Shown here: piece by piece, positions 9,635 to 17,676 of the stretch
How the letters are laid out: each line of letters starts with the position of its first letter
How positions within the stretch are numbered: the stretch's first letter is position 1
Assembly: GCA_001724245.1 (NCBI GenBank)
Contig: MEDX01000011.1
Span: 59,124 to 79,123 of the forward strand
DNA: 20,000 nucleotides
Direction: 5' to 3'
Origin: Fonticula-like sp. SCN 57-25
Taxonomy: Eukaryota
The notes under the pieces: generated by a model
Databases searched by the model: none
Told to the model about the DNA's origin: nothing
Seen by the model: only the letters and a program-made list of their open reading frames with translations
Made by a program: the position numbers and the translations under genes

Positions 9635-12339
9635 ATGGCGCTACGACAGCTGGCGGGCGATGGCGCCGACTGCAGCGGCGGCAATGCCCTCAAGGGCCTC
9701 GCCTCGCAGCTGGACCGCGACCGCTCTCTAGTCGATGAGCACCGCCGGATGGCCATGTTTGGCCCGCAGCGCGCCGACGGCGCCTCATCCAGCGTGCGTG
9801 CCTCGAATCTTCTTTTTTCATCAGCGATCCCGCGTGCTCACGGTCAATGCCCGCTCATTAGCTCGAGGCCGAGTTCCTTCAGTCGCAGTTTGGCGGGCCG
9901 CGGGGCCCCGCTGGCCCGGCGCTTCTGCCAAGCCAGCTCGCGGGAATGTCGCTGGCGGAGGCGCGCGCGCCGATGCCGGGCGACTGGGCGGCGGAGTTTA
10001 TGACGGCGCAGCCGCACCAGATGCAGCGGCCGCCGGCGGCGCTCGAAGCACAGTTTGAAGAGGCTTTCCGCGACGCTCAAATGGGTACAGCTCTTATTTT
10101 ATCTCGTTTTGTGCCTCTTTGTGAAGTTTGTCGTGCATGTTTTGCGCTTTTGTGGTATGATTTCCTTTGTTTGTTGGCGCAGAGTACTCACACACGTTGC
10201 TTCAGAGCGCGCGTGGGCCGGCACCCGTTCTCACGAAGCGTCCGTTGACGACTTTGAGCGCATCTACAACGCGGCGCAGCAGCGCCCCGCGCCGCCCCTT
10301 CCTGACGCGCCGGCCACCTGGGCCGAAGAGTTTGACAAGAGCGTGGCGGACGCTTGGGCCGACGAGTTTGCCGAGCGCGAAAAGGAGCGACAGGCGACGA
10401 ATGACGGTACGTATACTTGAATTTTCTTGCCATATTTTCTGGGCGCTGATTGGCCGCAGACCCCGAACAGATCGCGGCGCTCGCCGGGCAACTCGTGTCG
10501 TCCGTGACGGACCCCAAGATCCAGCAGTCGTCCTTTATGGAATTCATGGTACGCTTGTCAAAATGTACGTTGCTTTGCTGATAGTCATTTAGCGCAAGCT
10601 TCGCGACCGCACTGTCGTGATTGACGGCAACAAAGTAACGGAGGCGTCTGGCGCTGCGGCGCGCCCCGCTGACGACTGGGCGACTCAGTTTGAGACAGTC
10701 GACGCGTCGCGCACCGCCGAGTGGGCCGACGCGTTTGCGCGGCAGCAGCCTGTTGAGACTGGCAGCGCATTCCATTCCGCGGGAGACTGGGCGGGCGAGT
10801 TTGAGCAGCAGCTCGGCGGCGCCGGCGAGGACTGGGCTGGTGCCTTTGAGCGGCAGCGCGCCTCGGCAGCCGAGGCAGCTGTGCGCGAGGCGGTGCAGGC
10901 GCACGCGGCCAACAATGGCACGCAGCAGGGCGCAGTGTCAGAGGGCGACGCGCGCAGGGCAGACTGGGTGGCGCAGTATCGCCAGAACATTGAGCCGCTC
11001 AGGGATGAGTCGTTTGAGGAGTGGGACAGGACGGACAAGCCGTGGGAGCGGTACCGCTTCTCGGGGTTCGGATACGAAGGGTGCGAAATGGGATATATTT
11101 GAAACGAGGGGAAGCTGTATATCAGCAAAGGGCACCTTGGAGATCTGCACACGGGAAACCCACTGTGTGCTCCTATTCGGTGTTTGTAATTGGTTCATGA
11201 TCATGTTTATTTGATCAACTTTGCATGGCTTGTCTGGGAAGGGATTGATATGAAAAATTTAGGTGTCACTTCACTAACTGTTTGCGCAGGTTTGGCCGCG
11301 AGATGTACAGCACGTACATCTTTCAAAAAGGCTCCGAAGCCGCCGACGACCTCCCCGACGCCTTTGCTGCCGCCGTGTCCGCCTTTGAGGCGCACCAGCT
11401 AGGCGACGCCATCCTCGCGATGGAGTCTGAAGTGCGTCGCCACCCGCAGAATGCGCGCGCGTGGCACCTGCTGGGCCGCATGCAGGCCGAGAACGAGAAC
11501 GACGTGCTCGCCATCGCCGCGCTGCAAAAGGCCGCGGCCGCCGCCGATCAAGTTGATGCCGACGGCGGCGGCCCGTGGATCGACCTGGCCATCTCGTACG
11601 CCAACGAGAACTGCCGCGTCGAGGCTTTCAAAGGTGCGCCGCCTTGATTTTTTTTTTGGTTTTTCGTGTGCCAACGCGTGCGACAGCGCTACACACGTGG
11701 CTCTCAAAGCACCCGCGGTACCGCTCGCAGGCGTTCGTGCAGCCGCTTGACGTTGACGGCCACATGCACGACCAGCTCGTGGGCCAGTTTTTGTCAGCGG
11801 CGCGCATGGGCGTCGACGCCGCCACGATGGACCCGAGCATCCAGATTGCGCTCGGCACACTTTTTTCGATGGCGGGCGAGCCGGGCAAGGCGGCAGAGTG
11901 CTTTGGCGCCGCGCTTCAGCGCAGCCCGGACGACTATGCGCTGTGGAACAGGTACGCGGCGACGCTCGCTCGCAGCGGCCGCGAGGAGGAGGCCGTCGGG
12001 CTTTACGGACGCTCGCTTTCAATCAATCCGGCATACATTCGCGCGCGCGTCAACCTCGGCATGGCGTACGCGAATGCTGTTTTTTAATCTATGCCGATAT
12101 TGACAATGTGTGATTGTAGATGTGTTGGGCTAGGCGTGCATGAGCAGGCTCTCGAGCATCTGCTGACGGCGCTGTCACTGCAGAACGGGCGCGGGGCGGG
12201 GCCGGGCGCGTCGACGATATGGGAGGTCGTCAGGACGACCGTGGAGCACATGAAGCGGCCGGATTTGGCAGAGCTCGTGTTTAAGCGCGATCTGGGCGCG
12301 CTGGCGAGCTCGCTAGGGCTGCAGCTCGACCTGCATTGA
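9635..12339 (+). CDS. PEX5: Peroxisomal import receptor PEX5 (long form with PEX7-binding motif)
   Basis: Exons 9635-9793, 9862-10084, 10206-10406, 10460-10548, 10593-11080, 11290-11633, 11687-12065, 12120-12339. N-terminal Cys (ADCSGGNAL), LEAEFLQ (LVAEF-like), eight WxxxF/Y motifs, DPKIQQSSFMEFMRKLRD PEX7-binding motif, and TPRs (AWHLLGRMQAENENDVLAI, LWNR..ATLA, YIRARVNLGMAC). Confidence 0.95.
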
Positions 12340-12508
12340 GGGGTGTGTAGAGATTCGGTTTGGTATTTTTGGGCATGTGTACACAACGATAATACAAATA
12401 TTACAGTATAATGACGAATGGAACAATGGCAAGATACACAGAATAATACACGATAGAAACACAGGATCCACTGAAATTGCCATTGAAATTGCCGCCAAAG
12501 ATGTATAA

Positions 12509-13687
12509 TTACATGTAGGACGACTGCCTCTCAAACAATATTACTTTTGTGCTTGCCGAGTGTCTCCTTCCGTGCACGACAAAGTATGCGGTCTGCAGCT
12601 TCCCCCTTCCGTCGCGCGGCTGGACGGCGACAGTGACGAGTGCCTCCTCGTCTCCCCACTTGCTAGCGGTCCACTTTAGCGCCTCGCCTCTCAGCCGCCG
12701 CTCCCCTGTCACTTCCTCCCCCGACGCGCGCGCCGTCACCGCGACGGACGCCCATTCGATGTACTGCGACGGCATGCGCGACCCGTCGGCGGCCATCACG
12801 CGCACCGCTCCTTTCGCGCCGCGCTGGAGGGGCGCCACGTCGAGCTCGACCACAGCGGCGACGGAAAAGGACGTCGGCGCCAGCGGTACATTCAAAAGGC
12901 GCAGTACGGCGCGGCAGACATCATCGGCGCGCGCGTGAATGACGAGGTCGGCGAGCTTGTCCTTGGGTGTCGGCTGCAGGTTGCAGATGACAAGGCGGCC
13001 GCGCGGCTTCAAACGCCGCCGCTTGACGTTGAGCGGCATCTCGGACGCGGGGCGGATCTGCAGAGACGTACCAAGGCACACGCACAGGTCCGCCTCGGAT
13101 GAGGCCTTGTCAGCGCGCCGCAGCTCGGCGGGCGGCAGTGAGTCCTCCCAGTCGAGTACCGTGTCGTGCAAAGGGCCGCCGCATGCATCGCACGATCGGC
13201 CCGTGCGACGCAGGCCCACGCCTTTAATGTCGGACTCGCGCGTGTATTCGGCGCCACAGCGGTTGCAGCGCTCCATGAAAATGTTGCCGTGGAGCTCGGC
13301 CAGCTTGGTCCGCGGGAGGCCGGAAAGGAGGTGCAGGCCATCGACGTTCTGCGACACAACGCACTTGAGAATGTCGCGATCGGAGAGCGCTTTCAGCGCA
13401 GCGTGCGTCAGCGTCGGCATCGCGTCATGAAAGGGTACGCTCGCGGGTGGCGGCTGGCCTGCGCCCTCGCACGTCCAAACGCCATTCGGGCCGCGAAAGT
13501 CGGGGATCCCGGCAGAGGTGGAGATGCCGGCTCCGGTAAAGGCAACAGCATGCTTCGCCTCGGCAAGCCAGCTCGCCAAGAGGCCGCACTTGAATTCAAG
13601 GCTCTCTGCCGTCTCGCTCAGCTCGTCCAGGCCAAGCGTGCCCTTATAATCATACTTGGACAGGCGCGAGGCGTACGCATCAGACAT
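12509..13687 (-). CDS. SIRT6: NAD-dependent deacylase sirtuin 6 (class IV sirtuin), intronless, 392 aa
   Basis: MSDAYASRLSKYDYKGTLGLDE resembles the SIRT6 N-terminus; TGAGISTSAGIPDFRGPNGVWT, SQNVDGLH, AELHGN, two CxxC zinc pairs, DTVLDWED, LGTSLQI and NLQPT motifs are all present. Confidence 0.93.
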   Translation of the reverse strand: MSDAYASRLSKYDYKGTLGLDELSETAESLEFKCGLLASWLAEAKHAVAFTGAGISTSAGIPDFRGPNGVWTCEGAGQPPPASVPFHDAMPTLTHAALKALSDRDILKCVVSQNVDGLHLLSGLPRTKLAELHGNIFMERCNRCGAEYTRESDIKGVGLRRTGRSCDACGGPLHDTVLDWEDSLPPAELRRADKASSEADLCVCLGTSLQIRPASEMPLNVKRRRLKPRGRLVICNLQPTPKDKLADLVIHARADDVCRAVLRLLNVPLAPTSFSVAAVVELDVAPLQRGAKGAVRVMAADGSRMPSQYIEWASVAVTARASGEEVTGERRLRGEALKWTASKWGDEEALVTVAVQPRDGRGKLQTAYFVVHGRRHSASTKVILFERQSSYM

Positions 13688-13710
13688 GGCAGTGGCACAA
13701 CCTGAAAAAT

Positions 13711-13719
13711 GGCGGGAAA
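13711..13719 (-). promoter_or_regulatory. E2F-type site TTTCCCGCC just upstream of the SIRT6 ATG
   Basis: GGCGGGAAA on the + strand, 24 bp upstream of the start; the same 9-mer occurs at 16117-16125. Confidence 0.35.
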
Positions 13720-13842
13720 CACTTTGCGCTGTCAGCGTTGCCGGGGACTCGTCATGGAAAATGGGCAACGCATCAAGCATAAAGTAGTTAATAATGAATA
13801 TAATTGTAATGAATGCATGGTAAGGGTACAGTAATAATACAG

Positions 13843-16058
13843 TCAAAAATGTGTAAAGAGTCCAAACTTTCTCTGTCCGTGCGCCCGCACCGCCTCGCGA
13901 ATAAAGTTTGCGGTGGAAATAAAGACAATGTCAGACGTTGACTCTGCCTTGCACACGGTGACGTGGTCCTTCCCCGCGGCAATGACAAACCGCCCGTACC
14001 CCGGGTCGCTTGACTCTGGCGGCACAACGAGCGAGCGGACGTGCTCGCCGACGATCCCGAGCGACTCTGTCTCGCCAAAGCTGAGAACCGGCACGCCGAG
14101 CCTGCGCGACAGCTGGTGGAAGCGGTCGTTGAGGTCCAAAAGCGCCTTTGATGCCTGTAGCTGCTGCACGTCAAGCGACGGCAGCACAATATACCTAAAC
14201 ATCATGGACGACGTCGCGAGCTGCGCGCCGCGGTGTGGCGTCGAATAAAAGACGACGCCGGCGGTGCGCGCGAGCATTCCCTTCTGCTCCTCGGACGCGG
14301 TCGGTTCCTGCGTCGCCACGAGCATGCGCTTGACAAGCAGGCCGCCCATGGAGTGCGTCACAAACACGACGGGGCGCTCCTTGCCCACGCCCGCCAGCAG
14401 CAACTAACGATGTGTTGGTCGGCGGCGATGACAAATGAGTTGCGCACCTTGTTGAGCACCTCCTTGGCCCGATCCTCGAGCGACAGCTCGGGCCGGCGCA
14501 CGATGGCCGACGTCCACTCGGACAGGTCCGTGTCGTAGTCGATGGCGGTCATCCGCGGCCGCAGCCCGTCCGGCTCGACCTTTTCATACGACGACTTGTT
14601 TAGACGCGCACCGAGCGCTGCCGGCAGCCACGCGCGCGGCCAGGAATCCACCTGCGGGCTGTCGGTCGACTGCGTCGCCGCGCTCTTCCACGTCACGAAC
14701 GCGCCGCCCGCGAGGCCGTGCACAAACACGAGGTCGACGTCGTAGGCGCCGCCGTCGTGCAGCGCAGCGGCGGGCTCCATTGGGAACACGCCGTCGGCGT
14801 AGCGGGGGGAGCCGTCGCCGGCGCGCATGTTGCACAGGGCGCGCACGGCCTGGCTCTGGATGCGGATGTCGGGGTGCGACGCCCACTGGCGAAGGAGAGG
14901 GAGAAGGCCGGACTGCGACAGCAAAACCTGCGAGGAGGCTGAAATGGCATTAGCATTGAAAGCAAGCGGGAAAGGAAATGAAAGAGCAAAAGAACGAAAA
15001 AGAGACGAAATAGGCCCCAAGAGGAACAACGAAAACCAAAGAACAGAATGGGCGTACGGTATATGGACAGGTTTGCGACAACGCGGCTCGCCTCCATCCG
15101 CACGAGGTCGTACACCTCCTCGCCCAGCGACGCCGTCCACGTGTAGATGAGCACGGAGCGTAGAAGGTCGAGCCCGCCGTGCCTCAAAAAGTGCTGCGCG
15201 TGCGCCTCGCTACATCCATTTCGTTTAGCGGCCAATCAGCAACATTGCTCGCGTGCCTTTCTTCTGCAAATATAGCGAGCGCAGTGAGCGCGTTCGTGGA
15301 CGCCGACGGGTCGTGCTGCTTGACGGCCGACGTGACCGCGATGCCAATCTCGCCCCACGTGCTCTCGAGGTCCTTCTCCTCCTCCTCGTGCGCCACCGAC
15401 CATACGCGCGCCTCCCTCGCAACGGCGTCCAGCACGCGCCGCGTGTGGCTCGTCTGCTCCATCAGCTGCATCCGCTCAAAGAAACGGTTCACCTGGGCAT
15501 ACGTCGGGTAAAAGGCCTCGGGCTTGCCGACATGCTCGTGAAGGGCGTCTGGAAGAGCGCTCGGGTGTAGACGCGGGCCCTGCGCATCGCGAAGCCGCTG
15601 CTCCATGCGCATCAGCGAGCGGTACAGCGCGCGCGTGGCGTTCCCAAAAGGCCACTGCTGCGTCGCCAGAGCGCTGGCGGTGCGCACCAGCGCGGGCCGC
15701 CTTTGGGTCCGGCGGGCTTCCGATGAACGCAGGACCGACTCGGGCGCCTCATACGGAGACACGTCCACTTTCGGAGGGACGATTTGCTGGCCAATGTCCA
15801 TAATAACGCGCTCGGCGCGATCCATGCGATACAAAAAAGACGATTTATACTGGCTCGTAGCTACGCGCGTCGTCTCTAGGGCGTCTCTTCCGGCGTCGAT
15901 CGCCCAATCGCGCAACTCGGGATTCAGCGCGACCGCGGCTGTCGCGCCGGCCGCGCAGACGCCAACCTATACAGTCCTATTAGTATTATCAATATATCGT
16001 AACTTGGCCTGCGTACAGCGGCAAGCGCGGCCAATCGTCGATGTCGCCGCAACGGCAT
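13843..16058 (-). CDS. SERAC1: SERAC1-like protein (N-terminal basic leader and TM anchor, ARM-like repeats, PGAP1-like alpha/beta hydrolase)
   Basis: Exons 16058-16017, 15966-15257, 15209-15058, 14938-14448, 14403-13843; intron 15210-15256 is GC-AG. Motifs EASRVVANLS, SGLLPLLRQW, QAVRALCNM, YADGVF, DVDLVFVHGLAGGAFVTW, WPRAWLP, THSMGGLLVK, FYSTPHRG and DHVTVCK. Confidence 0.9.
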
Positions 16059-16116
16059 CAACAACAGCCCGCCAAGCGTGCGAAATGATGACGGTGAAAT
16101 TTGCGGATTCTGCTGA

Positions 16117-16125
16117 TTTCCCGCC
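16117..16125 (+). promoter_or_regulatory. E2F-type site TTTCCCGCC in the 89-bp SERAC1/homeobox divergent spacer
   Basis: Exact TTTCCCGCC embedded in repeated CTGATT units (about 16106-16140). Confidence 0.35.
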
Positions 16126-16147
16126 TGATTTCGCTGATTCGTGTGCG

Positions 16148-17482
16148 ATGGACCCGTCGGGCGGTGACAACCCGCACGGCATTGGCCAGCGGCCGCCGAG
16201 CCATGGCCTGCACCCTTCGCATGATCCGCACGGCGTGCACGTCATGCACGGTCTCATGCAATATGAGGAGCAGTCGGACGGCGTTGTGGGCATGGACGCC
16301 TCGGAGCAGGCCGACGACCTGATTCAGTTTGGCGATGGCGGGTACGGCGTCCCGGACGACGACGGCATGGGGGAGGAGGGCGGCCTGCACGACCACCACC
16401 ACCACCACGACCACCATCATCACCACCACCACCACGCGCAGCAGCAGCAGCAGCAGCATCTTGGCGGCGACGACTTGGTCGACGGGTCGGCCTTCATGTC
16501 GACGTTCATGCCGCAGCAACCGCCTGCCATGCCCGCCCCCTCCTCGACATCGACGTCGTCGTCGCAGGTCCCCGCCGGCTCGTCGCGCCGCCACATAAAG
16601 TCTGCTAACCAGGTTATGGCGCTTCGCTCCGCCTTTGCGCGCGAATCGCATCCAAAGCGCGCGACGATAAAGTCGATCTGCTCGTCGGTTGGCCTGACAT
16701 TTGAGGAGGTCCGCGAATGGTTCCGGAACGAGCGCCGTCGCGTGAAGCGCGGCCCCTCGGCGTCGCCTCAGCCGACCGCGTCGCTTGCCGCGCTCCCGTC
16801 GACGAGTGACGCGCGTCTTTTACGGATGCCGCCGCAGTCGTCCGCCGCCGCTGCTGCCTCGGCCGACGCAAGCTCGACGGACCGCGCCGGCCAGCAGCGC
16901 TTCCGCCGAATGCGCGACGAGTGGCTGAGCGTATACTCGACGCTGGGCACGTCAGAGGACAAGCGGGAACAGCTCGTGAAGGGCTTTGGGAACTTGCTGG
17001 CCAAGCCCGAGCGCGACGTGATGCGGCAGCTGCTCGACCGGCGCGGGCCGTACCGCGCGTCGGGCGACCCGCGGGTGAGCAAGTCGACCGTGCAGGCGCG
17101 CAGCAAGGAGGCGTGGGAGGAGCTTGAGCGCCGCTTTGGCGTTGACAAGCTCGAGGCGGCCGGCGAGCACGTCTCGGCAGCAAGCGAGGGCGCAGAGTTT
17201 ACTATGCAGCTCGACAGGAACATGCTCGAGGGCCTCAAGGCGCTCTTTAGCGTGCATAGGGACTACCTGGCCGTCGTTGCGCGCGAGCTCGACGTGCTAG
17301 AGGCACTCGAGGAGGAGCGCTTCGAGGACCAGAGGCCGTCTAAAAAGATGGCTGTCGGCCAGCAGCAGCAGCAACTGCAGCAACAGCAGCTTGCGGGAAT
17401 GCAGCAGCACATGCAGCTTCAGCGTTCATTAATGCCAACAATCGCGCGCCAGCCAAGCATCCTGCGCCTTCACGACAACTAA
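16148..17482 (+). CDS. Intronless homeobox transcription factor (non-TALE homeodomain) with His- and Gln-rich tracts and an unrecognised helical C-terminal domain
   Basis: RRHIKSANQVMALRSAFARESHPKRATIKSICSSVGLTFEEVREWFRNERRRVKR at about 16586-16750 has standard 60-aa spacing with L16, F20, W48, F49, N51 and R53. Start set at 16148 because the upstream part of the ORF is antisense to SERAC1; ATGs at 16086/16089 are possible alternatives. Confidence 0.8.
   Translation: MDPSGGDNPHGIGQRPPSHGLHPSHDPHGVHVMHGLMQYEEQSDGVVGMDASEQADDLIQFGDGGYGVPDDDGMGEEGGLHDHHHHHDHHHHHHHHAQQQQQQHLGGDDLVDGSAFMSTFMPQQPPAMPAPSSTSTSSSQVPAGSSRRHIKSANQVMALRSAFARESHPKRATIKSICSSVGLTFEEVREWFRNERRRVKRGPSASPQPTASLAALPSTSDARLLRMPPQSSAAAAASADASSTDRAGQQRFRRMRDEWLSVYSTLGTSEDKREQLVKGFGNLLAKPERDVMRQLLDRRGPYRASGDPRVSKSTVQARSKEAWEELERRFGVDKLEAAGEHVSAASEGAEFTMQLDRNMLEGLKALFSVHRDYLAVVARELDVLEALEEERFEDQRPSKKMAVGQQQQQLQQQQLAGMQQHMQLQRSLMPTIARQPSILRLHDN
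16388..16459 (+). repeat. Coding (CAC)n and (CAG)n trinucleotide tracts (polyH then polyQ); a second CAG-rich tract lies near 17360-17410
   Basis: HDHHHHHDHHHHHHHHAQQQQQQH read directly from the sequence. Confidence 0.85.
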
Positions 17483-17676
17483 GCATTTGCCCTTTCGTGT
17501 ACATAACGTTTTTTCATGTGTAATATATTAGCATGTCCCTTTGTTCATATGTACAGACAGAATAAAAGACACAGTAAAGAAACCGGACAATGCTACAAAA
17601 GACACACGCCGACCAATCAGCCGATAAATAAACACAAACAATAAACACATTCAACGATACAAGAGCCGTTCGGCCC

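Noticed and set aside
10460..10548. Mammalian-style skipping of the PEX7-binding exon (PEX5L versus PEX5S)
   Set aside because: The exon is 89 nt with unequal flanking phases, so skipping would cause a frameshift.
10660..10860. Repeated GACTGGGC units resembling a repeat array or CRISPR
   Set aside because: They encode the repeated D-W-A (WxxxF) motifs of PEX5, with irregular spacing and no repeat-spacer structure.
13688..13846. SIRT6 ORF extension reaching the SERAC1 stop, suggesting coupling or an operon-like overlap
   Set aside because: The extension starts at a non-ATG codon in AT-rich UTR sequence; SIRT6 homology begins at Met 13687.
15605..16147. First 180 codons of the 625-aa ORF as part of the homeobox protein
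   Set aside because: They run antisense through SERAC1 exons 1-2 and its first intron; best explained as chance open frame.
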